Of a stretch of 64,000 bases of DNA, positions 1 through 12,792 are shown in pieces (position 1 is the stretch's first letter; each line of letters begins with the position of its first letter). The position numbers and the translations under genes were made by a program. The notes below the pieces were generated by a model. The model was not told where the DNA came from, searched no databases, and saw nothing but the letters and a program-made list of their open reading frames with translations. The stretch comes from Macrostomum hystrix (taxonomy: Eukaryota; Animalia; Platyhelminthes). The stretch covers positions 23,188,001 through 23,252,000 of the forward strand of contig CATNEN010000001.1 in assembly GCA_950097015.1 (NCBI GenBank), written 5' to 3'.

Positions 1-2334
1 ATATTCTACTTATTTTTGTCATTACATGTAATCCATAAAGCTTTAAATAAAGACCAGCAAGGCAAAAATCATTAAATCATTATTTTTAAAGCATAAAAGT
101 AACTTAAAAGAAAGGTTGAAGCGAAAATAGTTCGCTTAAAGAATTTTTTAATCACATACTGCATAAAAACGGCAAAACAGCGTTTAAATTTTGTTGGGTA
201 CGAAGTGCAATTCCTTACTATTCCTCACACCAGTATCTAAATGTTTTACTTTGTTTAGAGTTACATAAAGTTTCCGGAACATTTAACCTTTTCGACAGAA
301 ATGAACATGATAAATAATCGACCAATTTATAAACCTAATTAAAGCAAAGTCATTGCATTCTGTCGCAAAAAGCAGTATAATCGCACGAGTTCAACCTACT
401 GAAACATCGATTTAGTTAATTCATCTACAAATATTATATATATTTTTAATAAAAGTGTCTGAGCTTTCGTGTTCTGCTACAAAGTAGGGAAACCGTGAGA
501 CTTTCTGGTATATTTGGTCTTAATTTAATAATTCTCGAAAAACCAAGGTATTCCAAATAATTAGCTACGAAACACATTGTTTTCCTTTCTTGAAGATCGG
601 CTCGATATTACCCGCAACTTACGTATGTAAACCGTAACGTACTCGTAACATTTAAGTTTAAAAAAACAAAATCGTAATAAAGGTATAGGCTACTAAATAC
701 TGCTTTGAAAAAACAAATAATTAAGTTCTTAAACATATACATAAAGAATGCTCTGCAGATTTTTTTGGCGCGGTTATAATAATTTCAGATGCATGTTCGT
801 CGGAGTTGTCCACCATGTTGTTTTTAGCTTTTTCAAATTTTAATTTTGATCTGAATTTTAATTGATTTAGTAATTTAATTTTCACTTTTAGTTGAACTGA
901 AAGTGAAAGACAGGTAAATCGAAACAAAAAGTACAAGATTGTACCAATTGCAATCATTCCACATTACTGTTACTTTTTCTAGATTATTGCCACTTTGGTA
1001 GCTAATTTCGTTCTTCGTAAATCGTAATTAAGGTTAAAAAGAAAAATATTAGTATTGTTTATTCCATCTTCACTTAGTTTTGGACACATCAGAGTCATTC
1101 GCACAAGTTTTATCTGCGCCTGCAGGTAATTAAAAACTCGATAAATGTCTAAACAATGTCAGTTGAAAAATAACATATGTCGATATATTGCAAAATTACA
1201 TGGTTAATATGATGTAATATAACACTCTAGATAGCTAGTATTGAATAGGAAATATTATCTGACTATCTTTGGCAGGTTAGAAACTAGTTAACTCGGCAGT
1301 AAACCAGTACTATATTTAGTGCCTATAAGCATTTACTCATATTTAGTTTACATTGAAGATAGGTTAATCCAAAATTTTGTTAGAGGTTGTGCCAGTGTGT
1401 ATTAAATTAGAAACAGTTGTCCGACTATATTATTCACTTTTATTTGTTAAGTTCTGCTGCTAGTTTCTTTGTATTTCTTGCTTAACAGTGTACCAAGCTC
1501 TGCAACTTTTTATGAAGCAACACAGTCACTGATTTCATTTGCTCTTTAGACCTAGCCTCCTAGCCTACTTCCAGAGTCAGAAAGGTGGCTCTGTGTGCCA
1601 GAAAGAAATTATAAACAATGTAATATGTGACATGCACCACCAATATAAGTCACTTTAACATTGAGTCAAGTAGGCTTTGGTAAATAGTTAATAGGGCAAG
1701 ATCTCAAAAAAACTAATGCATACTCTTTGCACATAAAGGCTTCTTTCCAGTGGACCTTGAACTTGAGATCAGTATATATATCAATCAATCACTTGAGAGG
1801 GTATTAGACTGAGATTAGTGGCAATCTATTGGAGGATTGGAGAAGTCCATGCTGGTATCAGTATCAGACAGGCTGATCATCTAGGCAGAACAACTGCAGC
1901 TGGACACTGCAGTGTGTCTGGCAGAATAGCTGCAGCTGGACACTGCAGCATGTCAGTCTGGCCCTGGCAAAGCTGAGCAAACTACCACCCCGAGTGCTGC
2001 CAATCTTTGTCACATTTCATGGAGTCCATGGGTGGCAGAATGTGTTAGTTTGTGAGAGTGAGAAAAAGGGATTTGTGTGCAAGTTTTTAAGTAAATGTTC
2101 AATCCTTTATATTCGAGCAAGTGTATAGAAATGATGCCCAAGTGCAGGTCTGCAATCTCCACAGACTGTAGTTACATGACCACGATACTTGTGGGAATAT
2201 ATGTGGCATATAAGTGCTATGATTTCATTGTAGAATATATAAAACTTTATAGTATTAAATAGAAAACAGTTGTCTGTCTACAATATTAAATACTGTGGAG
2301 CAATGCTTATAAATTACTTTCTCATTTCCAGACA

Positions 2335-4127
2335 ATGTATCGCGGCATCGAACTGAAGCGTGTTGTCAAAGCTTCACTGCAAACTGGCTGTCGTGGGCGA
2401 CCCAGAAAGATCAAGACAATCATTAGCGGCCGAAATCGAGGCTCAACATCTCGGCACCCTGTGTCCGAAACTACTCCTGTTCCAGTGGAAGCTAGCACCG
2501 AGAACGATGTCGGTATGCCTGAGTCTTTTGCTCCTCCAGTAGAAGATGTTGAATGGGTAGATTTTGACAGCTTTGCTGAGAAATACAGAGGCAGTTACGA
2601 GAAGCATTTTCTCTTAAATCTGCAGCGCTTTAAAGCCAGGGGACGTACACAACTGGAAATACAATCAGATGGTCGTCCATTACCTACGCCGCTTGTCTAT
2701 GTAGATATTTAAGCGGATGTGCCAAAAAATCGAGCAGAGGAACAGAATTGTCCTAATTGGAAGGCCGGTGCTCATGAACCATTAAGTCGTGAGCAGAGAT
2801 ATAATGTCACGGGTTTCTTTGGATTATTCTGTCGTCACAATCGCCTTTTGTGTGGCTCAAATATCACAACTGGTGGAGAAAAGTTTTGCTACCTGGAACA
2901 GTGCCTTGAACACTTTCTGCGAAACGTCAAAGTGTCTAAGGAATTACTTGTCGTATATGACGTGGGTAAGTTTATTATTATTTTATAAAATGCATACAAT
3001 CTATGAAATTCTGTTGCTTGTGTACAGTTATATGACAACATGACTTACTCTTTATCCCAATTCACAGGCTGTCGCGTATCCAGCCGGGTTACGTCCGCTA
3101 TTGCGAAGTCTGGTGCCAACATTCAAGCGAGTAGCTGTGCAATAAACGCTTTTCATTCTCTTGGTTACCTGCCCAGTTGTCAAAAAAGTTTTCTGTTCGC
3201 GTTACTCCAGGCGCAGGTCTATGCGATGGAGAGAATACTGAGCGAGCCTGGTCTCAACTCAGGCCGTTCGTTAAGTTTTTAAAGTACATGCGAAAAGACC
3301 GACGAGCGCAATACATGGCGCATATTCTATACTTCTTTAATGCACAACAGCTTCTTAGCGCTTCTGGGTGGTTTACACAACGTATTAAGCTTATGGTAGG
3401 TGCGGGAAAAAGCATTCTAAGTGAACTAAAAGAGCTACAAAGCCAGTCTGCGATTTTGCAGCACTCGGGGGTCCTAAATGACAGTCTGGTCATCTCTGAG
3501 GATGAAATTTTGGATTTAGGCTCCCAATGGTATGAAGATTCCCTCCGAGTAGCTGTACAAAACTCGGAAGATGATATCCTATGTGAGCTACGCGCTCTTG
3601 CAGTGCACAGAGATCATTGGAGTAAACAGGTTGGTAAGTCGGTTGACCAAAGTCAAACCAGAATGTGCTTGCGAAAGGTTAAAAGTTATGCATCCGACAT
3701 GAAAAAACTCTACGCTCGTCTTCCAATTGAAGACAGAGCTTCTTTCGATGAATATAAAAAACCGCGTAGTGCGAAATATGAACATTTGTCTGGAACCGAC
3801 CTTTCCATCCGATTTCGTCAGCGGGCTATAGACGTCAGTAACAAATATAAACGCCTAAAAGAAGAAGCGCATATTATTTCAGATGAGTGGGTTGACCTTC
3901 AGGTTAATTTGCAGAGCCTCTGTGATGACTTAGCGAATCAGCCGGGCTTAGCCGCTCAATTTCGGGAATTGTTTAGAAGACTGCTTGAAGATGTTGCAAG
4001 TAAAAGCGTGACTGATGCTGTAAAATATCTTCTTGCGAATAAGAGCTCCCTAAGCACACTGAGTCAGAGCGCTAATGAAGCGGTTGCTTCAGAAGATTCG
4101 GGGTCTTCTGATAGCGACTCCGATTAA
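2335..4127 (+). pseudogene. KDZ (Kyakuja-Dileera-Zisupton) DDE transposase, disrupted
   Basis: Joined ORFs give the KDZ motif series CRH..N...GEK..Y, YD-GC, FH..G...CQ..FS, GAGLCDGENTERAWSQL. A GT-AG intron at 2966-3067 joins YDVG|CR. In-frame TAA at 2710-2712; 1-nt frameshift in the A-run at ~3182-3187; C-terminal helical region ends at 4127. Confidence 0.85.
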
Positions 4128-4224
4128 GTATCCAACCAGTGTACTAATGATTCCACCGTTACTTGTGTTTTTAATTAAAGACAAGCGCTGCCTTGTAAAG
4201 TCACTCTGCACCTACTTTTGTGTG

Positions 4225-4480
4225 GGTGCTGTGAAGCGTTAAGTTTAAGAGCGCTAAAATTAATACCAGTAAGCCCAAAATTTGGACACATATTTCTTTC
4301 AACTAGCAAAATTTTTACAGGTCACTTTGCACATGCAATTCAATGTGCTGTGAAGCGTTAAGTTTAAGAGCGCTAAAATTAATACCAGTATGCTCAAAGT
4401 TTGGACACATATTTCTTTCAACTAGCGAAATTTTTACAGGTCACTTTGCACATGCAATTCAATGTGCTGTGAAGCGCTAC
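4225..4480. repeat. 119-bp tandem repeat, ~2.1 units (second copy ~20090-20342)
   Basis: GTGAAGCG recurs at 4231, 4350 and 4469. Confidence 0.9.
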
Positions 4481-4539
4481 ATTTTAAAGCGCTAATTTCA
4501 TGAGCCCATGTGTCAGCCTTCTCGCGGCGGACTCGTTGA

Positions 4540-4617
4540 GCGTGAATAAAATCTGCTAATTACCGTGCGCTGCCAATCTTACCGTGCATGTTTGCACTAT
4601 CCAGCGGACTGGCAGTG
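4540..4617 (+). mobile_element. Putative DNA transposon terminus (...CAGTG|TA) with subterminal TTACCGTGC repeats
   Basis: Reads CACTG inward on the minus strand, is flanked by TA and has two TTACCGTGC motifs. Lies ~490 bp downstream of the KDZ ORF; repeated at ~20400-20472. Confidence 0.4.
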
Positions 4618-5042
4618 TACTTACGTTAGCTGTTTTTATTCGTGGGACTAATGACACTATTAAATTCGTTCATTTATCAGCTTTTCCGTTCAATTCCGTT
4701 TTATTATTATTATATAGCTCACAGTTTCATTGTCTGTCAAATAAATGGAGGGGCTCCTAAACAGTGTTTCTCGTTCTTATTTTTTCATTGCTTGTTTTTA
4801 GATGCGCTTTCTTTCTGCTAATTAGTTGGCTGTGCAGGGAACAGCTAGGACAAATTGAGATAGATGTGAATTTGAGAATAGACTGCCTGCTTTATACAAT
4901 TATATGCATGACAGATCAATGTCGTTATTAGTTTTTATATATTAGCGTTCACGGCTTCATTTTGGGTCTAGCTTTAATTGTCAACGTTTCAAACTTAAAT
5001 CTCGAATAAATTTCAGGCCAGCATCACTTCCATTGAAAGTTG

Positions 5043-5698
5043 ATGACACCTCCCAACATTCACGCCGCGATTACGTGTCTTCAGTGCCACTGGAGTGGCA
5101 GGGCATCAGGTTTTAAACAGCATTGCCGCCGAGCTCATCCGGACCTATCTGAAAAGCGAATCGACGCCAACCTTCGCTACTGTCGCCTACAAAATAAGCT
5201 GAAGTTGTCTCCTATTTTTATCTCTGTCCATATTGCTCTACTATCATTTCGGGATACGATACGCACATGCTCATTCACAATCGCGGGAGAAGAGGAGGCG
5301 ATAGAATCATCATCACGACTGAGGACTTCAAAGCTGCTAACCTTGCTGCATTAAGTTTCATTGACGAGCTGCGCAAAATCGCTGTTGGTGGTAAAACTTG
5401 CGGTACTCCTGCCAACGAAATATCGCCGGCTCTTCCAGCAGCTGGTCAACCTACCAGTGCTCATTCAGTTGATTTAAATCCACAGGTGCCTGGGGCCCAA
5501 GACTACAGTTGTAATCAACGCTCCGCTGCAGCTTTAAGCTACAATTCTGATGTCAACATGATGACGTGCGCGAGCATTCAACACAATGGAAATGACGATC
5601 CATTCAATTATTTGTCGGTGCTTTTTTCAATTTTCAATTCCCTCCAGTCGTCCAAGGCGTTTTGTTGTTATGCGAACTCGGCCAATCTGACTTCATAA
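5043..5698 (+). pseudogene. Two-C2H2 zinc finger protein, frameshifted
   Basis: CLQC..HCRRAH in one frame, then CPYCSTIISGYDTHMLIH after a 1-nt shift in the T-run at ~5215-5219. Upstream acceptor TTTCAG at ~5016. Confidence 0.6.
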
Positions 5699-5855
5699 TT
5701 GCTTCATATGCGTTCATATCCATACAAGTGTCAATGCTCATATGCGTGTGTACACCTTTCTTGTCTGCTTGCCTGCAATCCTACTTGTGCATGTATTTGA
5801 CTTACCTATAGTCATTACACTTAGCTAGAGTAATTTAGCCCAGGTGTGGCAACAA

Positions 5856-6084
5856 TGGTCAGGGGAGAGCTAGAGTCAAACTGTTCAGAATATGTTCCGA
5901 TGACTAAATTATTCAGTTTTCCCTGGTAATCATGCAATTTCTTGGATGGTCAGAGGAGAGCTAGAGTCAAACTGTTCAGAATATGTTCCGATGACTAAAT
6001 TATTCAGTTTGTCCTGGTAGTCATGCAATTTCTTCAATGGTCAGAGGAGAGCTAGAGTCAAACTGTTCTGAATATGTTCCGATG
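5856..6084. repeat. 91-bp tandem repeat, ~2.5 units
   Basis: Unit GGTCAGAGGAGAGCTAGAGTCAAACTGTTCAG...CAATTTCTTGGAT. Confidence 0.95.
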
Positions 6085-6454
6085 GTCGTGCTCCCTTGCA
6101 AACGAGCAGCGGAGTGAGAGGAGAGAGTTCTGAAGTTCTATCCGCGTTTGACAAAGATAAAATCTCAAACTCTAATTCCTGATTTCTTTATGCTCACTGT
6201 GCGTGCACCGTATGTGTTTTTACGTGAGGGTCTGTACTTTGTTCAATTAATGTTTCTGTCAAACTAGGACTTTTCACCAATTCTTTTCCGTGTCAAACTT
6301 CGGGGAAAATACATAAGCTAATTTATCAAAACATATCAGCGCATCTCATTGGCAAAAATTGTGCCGCACAGGCACAGGATAGGTGACCTGCTGCAAGGTA
6401 TACTGACTAAAATTATTATTATTTTATTTTTATTATTACTTCTTTCTTGGAATC

Positions 6455-6540
6455 ACAGGGTGAGGTGACAGGAGAGAGTGAGGTGACAGAGAGGAGAGAG
6501 TGAGGGCACAGAGAGGAGAGGGTGAGGTGACAGAGAGAGA
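6455..6540. repeat. Short array of the 20-22-bp purine-rich minisatellite
   Basis: GAGGTGACAGAGAGGAGAGAGT units, the same family as 23230-24610. Confidence 0.85.
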
Positions 6541-7719
6541 GCTTGTGGGCACCATTGCCGTTTAGGAAAATTCAAGAAAGCAACAATTGGTGCCACACTT
6601 GGCCTCAACTACATGCGTTTCCCACCACACAGACTACTTAATTATTACTATTGTAGCCAGAGTTATAAACTTGAACTGGAGCTTGTGGGCACCATTGCCG
6701 TTTAGGAAAATTCAAGAAACCAACAATTGGTGCCACGCTTGGCCTTAACTACATGCGTTTCCCACCACACAGACTACTTAATTATTACTATTGTAGCCAG
6801 AGTTATAAACTTGAACTGGAACTTGTGGGCACCATTGCCGTTTAGGAAAATTCAAGAAACCAACAATTGGTGCCACACTTGGCCTCAACTACATGCGTTT
6901 CCCACCACACAGACTACTTAATTATTACTATTGTAGCCAGAGTTATAAACTTGAACTGGAGCTTGTGGGCACCATTGCCGTTTAGGAAAATTCAAGAAAC
7001 CAACAATTGGTGCCACGCTTGGCCTTAACTACATGCGTTTCCCACCACACAGACTACTTAATTATTACTATTGTAGCCAGAGTTATAAACTTGAACTGGA
7101 ACTTGTGGGCACCATTGCCGTTTAGGAAAATTCAAGAAACCAACAATTGTCGCCACGCTTGGCCTTAACTACATGCGTTTCCCACCACACAGACTACTTA
7201 ATTATTACTATTGTAGCCAGAGTTATAAACTTGAACTGGAGCTTGTGGGCACCATTGCCGTTTAGGAAAATTCAAGAAACCAACAATTGGTGCCACGCTT
7301 GGCCTTAACTACATGCTTTTCCCACCACACAGACTACTTAATTATTACTATTGTAGCCAGAGTTATAAACTTGAACTGGAGCTTGTGGGCACCATTGTCG
7401 TTTAAGAAAATTTAAGAAACCAACAATTGGTGCCACGCTTGGCCTTAACTACATGCGTTTCCCACCACACAGACTACTTAATTATTACTATTGTAGCCAG
7501 AGTTATAAACTTGAACTGGAGCTTGTGGGCACCATTGCCGTTTAGGAAAATTCAAGAAACCAGCAACTGGTGCCACGCTTGGCCTTAACTACATGCGTTT
7601 CCCACCACACAGACTACTTAATTATTACTATTGTAGCCAGAGTTATAAACTTGAACTGGAGCTTGTGGGCACCATTGCCGTTTAGGAAAATTCAAGAAAC
7701 CAGCAACTGGTGCCACGCT
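6539..7719. repeat. 140-bp satellite, variant A, ~8.4 units
   Basis: 140-nt period (GCTTGTGGGCACCATTGCCG...). Confidence 0.97.
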
Positions 7720-9074
7720 CATCTTTTTTAATCATTCCAGCCTCCCAGCCCCATCGCCGAGTTTCTTTTCATCCAGCTCCCTGTCCCGCGGCCTCTCAGC
7801 CCAGCCCAAGCTTCTTTCTTGGAATCACTCACACTGTAAAGTGTAAATTGTGCATGTACTGTATGTGTTGTCAATAGACGGGCTTTAATTTGTGGAATTG
7901 CAAATTACTTTTGTGACATACTGTTTGTTATTTAATGTGACATTCAATGTTAGCTTAGCTCGTTTGCATGCACTTGTCACCACTGTCTGGGTGCACCCCT
8001 GTTGATGTTGTTTGTGTCTCACGCAATTGGTTTGCGTGCAACTGGGGTGGGCCGTCTGTCTGGGATCCCCAGATCCCCCGAAATCCCCAGCCACAGGGTC
8101 TGGAAATTAGACTGCATGAACGCAAATATAAGGAGCCGCGATATCAGACTGGTTCTTTACTGTGTTTCAATTCTGGCCTTACTTCTGCCTGAGTTATTAC
8201 AACTTAAGAAGCCGTTTACAAATTATCAGTAAGATATATACATGGAGCTTGTGGATGCACAGCACGATTTTGGGAATGGCACACGGATATGACATCCCTC
8301 AGTGAAACGGAAATTAAAGGGAAGCATTCGTCATGAACATATACTCATCTATGAGCAAAATGAGGTGTGCAACGAAGCCAATAATGAGGTAAGTCAGAGT
8401 TTAACGAACACTGACCATATCAATATAATAAATATGTGTGTGTATCTCGCTTAACCTAGTCAGTACAACTACTGTACCGTACTTTATATGTTTGTCAGTA
8501 GATGAATCCGAGATATTAATATTAGGCCATATAGTGCAGCTTCGACGAAATTTAGCACTGATGTCACGGTGTGGCAGCGATGGTTAGAGGAGTCAGACTG
8601 TCATTGGTCCCACTCTGATGGATGCATTTTTCCACCTGGTAGAATCCACCTGGCGTATTCACTTATCTATTCAATTTCAAATTCAGTTGCCTCTCCAAAT
8701 AAAAGAAATATTGGGGTCGTGAATAATCGTTGGGGTCGTTGGGGATCGCGATTCGAGACTAGAAGCAATCAGAATTAAACAAAGCATCTCAAAATTTTCT
8801 CATTTACACGTTGCATGAGCAGTTGCTTAACTTTATACTCGCAATCAGGCATGAGTCGCTTTCTGATATTTTTGTAATTAAAAAACACAAAAACACAATA
8901 AAAAGCATAGATAAGCAAGAGTGAGCAGATAAGCAAAAAAGCGTTCGACAGGGTGACCAAAAAATATCTCGTTTATAAGATGAGCGGCATGTTGAATCAA
9001 AGGCTCATAGGCTCCTAGATTCATAGCAGAAGCCGTAGCAGGAGTCGTAGCCAGAATCGCAGCACAGCAGTACA

Positions 9075-9185
9075 AGAATGAGCACAGATAAACAATAATG
9101 AGCACAGACAAGCAATCATGAGCACAGAGAAGCTACGATGAGCACAGATAAGCAATAATGAGCACAGATTAAGCAGGAGCACATA
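9075..9185. repeat. 20-bp minisatellite ATGAGCACAGATAAGCAATA, ~5 units (also ~32595-32680)
   Basis: Directly visible repeats. Confidence 0.85.
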
Positions 9186-9889
9186 CAAAAGCGGGCGCAA
9201 CAGGAGAAATATTCAGTCTTTAAAATTTCATCAACTTTCTGCGGACAAACCGTTACTGTTAATTGCGCCTGTTTACATTTGATTACTGTGCATGGGTCTG
9301 TGCAAAGTCTGCAAAATACCTTATTTCTGTAAATGTATTAATTTTGGACTGCTCCTGCACAGCCCTCAGTTATATATATTTGTATTAATGCATCCTATGC
9401 TTGGCTTGGATCAGTGATGCATCCTACATGTGGAAGTCAGTCACGAATTTCCCCTCTCAATCGGCAAGTAATCGGCGAGACAGCTTGCCACCTGTCTCGC
9501 TGAGGTCAGTCCAGGATTTGCACTTTCTCAACACGCAAGTCAGGCGTCGGTGAGGCAGGTCTGCGGATCCGATATCGACAGCACGGGTGTCACCTGGCGC
9601 TGCTTCCGTCTGCCGGTGGCGCCACCGCCGCTTCTGCTGCGACGCCGCCTCCGCCACCGAAGCCGCCAACCCAGGCAGCAGACGTCCAGGCCCATTCGCT
9701 TGACCTCCGGTTCCGAGCGCAGCTCCGTGATCAGGTTGGTCTGCAGCAGCTCCTGTAGCAGGTCCTGACTGGACAAGCCTGGAGCTGATGGATTGTCCAA
9801 GTTGACAACCAAGTTTGAGAGCCCGTTGATGTGTCTGATGAAGGCCATACGTGTCGGTAGGCCTGTTTGAGTAGTGCAGGTGAGTACGG

Positions 9890-10050
9890 GCTTGATGTTT
9901 AACAGGTACAATGCCAAGCAGAACAGGTGAACACTGTGTCGGACAGAACAGGTGAACACAGGCTCTTTCTAACAGGTGACGCTCTCTGTCTAACAGTTGA
10001 CGCTGTCGGCCTAACAAATGACGCTCTTGGTCCAACAGGTATTTCTAACA
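9890..10050. repeat. ~21-bp degenerate repeat TGTCTAACAGGTGACGCTCTC (expanded at ~33390-33630)
   Basis: Produces the 7-aa repeats LTGDALC / ERHLLDR in the ORF track. Confidence 0.8.
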
Positions 10051-10682
10051 GAAATGAATTCCAGAATGACAGATTTGGAATGACAAGTGATGGACAGATT
10101 GAAACAGGACTTGATCTTCATTCATATTCACATTAGAAAACGTCAAGTAACTCACTGGAAATGCAGGCGCATCACTGATCTAGACCACAGGTCGAAGAGA
10201 GGTAGCCACGTGGCTAGTGCGCTAAGCAGAATTGCACAACAAAAGTCAGCAGCTGCCGTCAGACACAGGTTAATCCTGGAATGGTGCAGGCTTTAGCACA
10301 ATGTATTCATAATTTCAAATCAAAGTGAATGAAGTACTGCGATAAAATGACTCCGTAGCTTCGCTGTTAGCAAAGGAAAGAAGATTGAAGGCAACAAAAT
10401 TATCCAAAAATAGGCCTCCGGGCGAATGTCGAAAATGATATTTAAGCTAATTTAGGCCATAATGTTTTGTACTTGTTTAGTAATACTTTGCAGTTTTCAG
10501 TAAAAATGTCTTGCTTATTTAGAGTAATTAAAGGCAATTAGACTAACTCATCATGTAACAGAAGACGTGCTCGTTATTTATCGTAGTACTGATGAACCTT
10601 CAGTAAAACAATTGACACACACTGATGCACCTTCAGTGCAACTATTGACACATGTACGAGACATTCATTCAAATGACATTCA

Positions 10683-10745
10683 TTTAAGCAGCCGAAGATT
10701 GGAAGACCGCAGTCGTCTACATCTGCGCTGCCGTTCAGCAACGAC

Positions 10746-10787
<42 letters not shown>

Positions 10788-10800
10788 AGGCGGCGGAGCA
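10683..10800 (+). repeat. (GGC)n microsatellite preceded by an imperfect inverted repeat (Helentron/HINE-like end)
   Basis: TTTAAGCAGCCGAAGAT...ATCTGCGCTGC, then ~17 GGC units. A shorter (GGC)n lies at 34817-34842. Confidence 0.55.
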
Positions 10801-12792
10801 TCCATTCTGCAATAATGCATTAAATGCATTACAAGCTATTTAAAACTAGGAGGAAATTTCAATTAGGAAAATAGAATTCCAACTTAAAAGTAGGATTAAA
10901 GGAATAATTTCGAAAATGAGAATGACGATTGGGAGGAAATGAAAGTTGACAGTTTCCCCGAGCGAGAATTTTTTATAAGTGAGCAATAACAATAATGTGT
11001 TGTAAAGCATGCTCTGTGGAAAAGTTGGCCCATTTAAATGAGCATCAGAAAGTCATAGAATTAAAATGAAATTTTTTACGACCGAGCAACAACAGTTATG
11101 AAACGACTTGCTTTCTAGGAAATATGGTTTCTACACTGTATGTTATGAGGGACCATTTAAATTAACGTTTCGCGGTCAATTTCTATGAAGACAAGGGTAC
11201 GTCAAGTTATAAATTGCTTGTTTCACAGTATAAAAGCGAGGCATAATGTAAAAGCGGAGAATATTGAAATTTAGCAGAATACAATATGAAGTAATGTGCA
11301 GAGCTGGACAAGTGTTACTGCTAATCACAGGCTTGGGGAGGCAGTATGAGTCTGTTGTTTGTTTTATGTTTGACTTGCACATTCAAAGTGTTTAACTCAA
11401 ACTATGAATCTACTGCTCTCAACCCAGTGCCACTGTCCTAACTTGTCAGCTCGGCTCATAGCTAATGTGTCCTGCTATGATCATCACTAAATGAATGCAC
11501 CCACATTCCATTTATGTATTAAAATGTAGACCTCTAAGAGTATAAAGTTTCAGTGTATTATAAATAGTGAGCTATCCAAGCCTTTTTTACATAGACTACA
11601 GAGTTTATGCTTATCTTAACAAGTCTTAATATTAGAATAAAAAAACTGTATATTGGGTCTATTAGTCTATATGAATAGCTCATTGGCTGGCAACTTGTCA
11701 TAATTGTATAGAAACAATGAATTATTATAAATGAAATTGGGACCCAGGAATATAAATTCTTATTAAGATTTCCAAGCAACTACTGGGATATGGGATCTAT
11801 GAGCTGGGAGCCTAGGATCAAGGACTAGTGTTGCCCCTAAAAAATTCCGCAGGGCTTGATTCTATGATTGAATTGATAATTAGTGGAATATGTAATCCAA
11901 AGTAAACTAATTGACTATTGTATATCCAATTCCAAAAATGGTATGGTCAGTATGGTATACTTGCCAATTTGCACCCACTTCATAGGTCACAGATTTAAAA
12001 GAATGGTGCTTTTAAATGAAAGATCTAATAAAATGAGGGGAAGAAATAAGAAAATTGGAACCAAAGTCTAACATCTGTCATCTGTAACTGGCTATGACTG
12101 TGTATGACTTTGTTTTATGAGTGTCATGTAACACGTTAGAACTATTCTAATCATTGACAAATCCATGGATCTTTATTACCTAGATGTAGCACTCTAGGGA
12201 CTTTTGTGTGCCCCTAGACCCAATGTATTTCTAATTTGGTTTAAGCTCAGTATTTTATGTAAATATTCATTTTACATGTTGCATTTTATAGCAAGAGTAT
12301 GCCTAGTAAATATACCTAAGCCCCATGCAAAGAAACAAAAGGAGACTTGAAAAAAATGCCAAAGTGCTAATGTTGATTTAATGTTCTGTGGTGCCATATG
12401 AAGTGCTGTCAAAGTATAGACTACAATTATGTGTATGATGTGGAGTGTGCTGCGGGAATCGAGTGGGAATGTGAGCCAGCATAATTTTTCCAATTTTTAG
12501 TAGCCAAATAATCGCGACCCACATAGCAGCTGGCCGCAGAACACAATCATTAATCTTAGGGCCAGGCTTGGGGCGGAGGTGAATTAAGTAGCCGCCGATT
12601 CCCCTTGCCTCGGATCTGTCTAGTCTCCTGTAGAAGTGACTGATCGCGGCTATAGCAATACTGTATGGACTAGTTTAGGTCATGATTCCCCTCCAAACCG
12701 CGATCAGATTGTAGGGATCACTCATGCGTCTAGAGTGAGCATTAATTCTTCATGTCCCCTTTCTTTACTGTAACCCGAGCCGAAGCTCGATT

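Larger units (their letters stand above)
4198..12430 (+). repeat. Composite duplicated unit, copy 1
   Basis: Collinear with 20060-36340: ORF pairs 5040/20896, 5267/21123, 9540/33037, 10087/33687, 11883/35818 and the same order of tandem arrays. Confidence 0.92.

Noticed and set aside
721-957. 78-aa minus-strand ORF
   Set aside because: AT-rich, no motif and no supporting exon structure that I could establish.
9457-10035. ORFs open in both unit copies, with heptad-like repeats and a KRMGLDVCCL echo of an RTE endonuclease
   Set aside because: Many amino-acid changes between copies, repeat-derived, and the motif is too short to call.
10583-10655. Possible minimal hammerhead ribozyme (CTGATGA...AAAAC AATT GAC) in a 33-bp duplication
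   Set aside because: GAAA and the NUH triplet are both altered and stem I does not pair.
10567-10815. Poly-Gly and poly-Arg ORFs
   Set aside because: Translations of the (GGC)n microsatellite.
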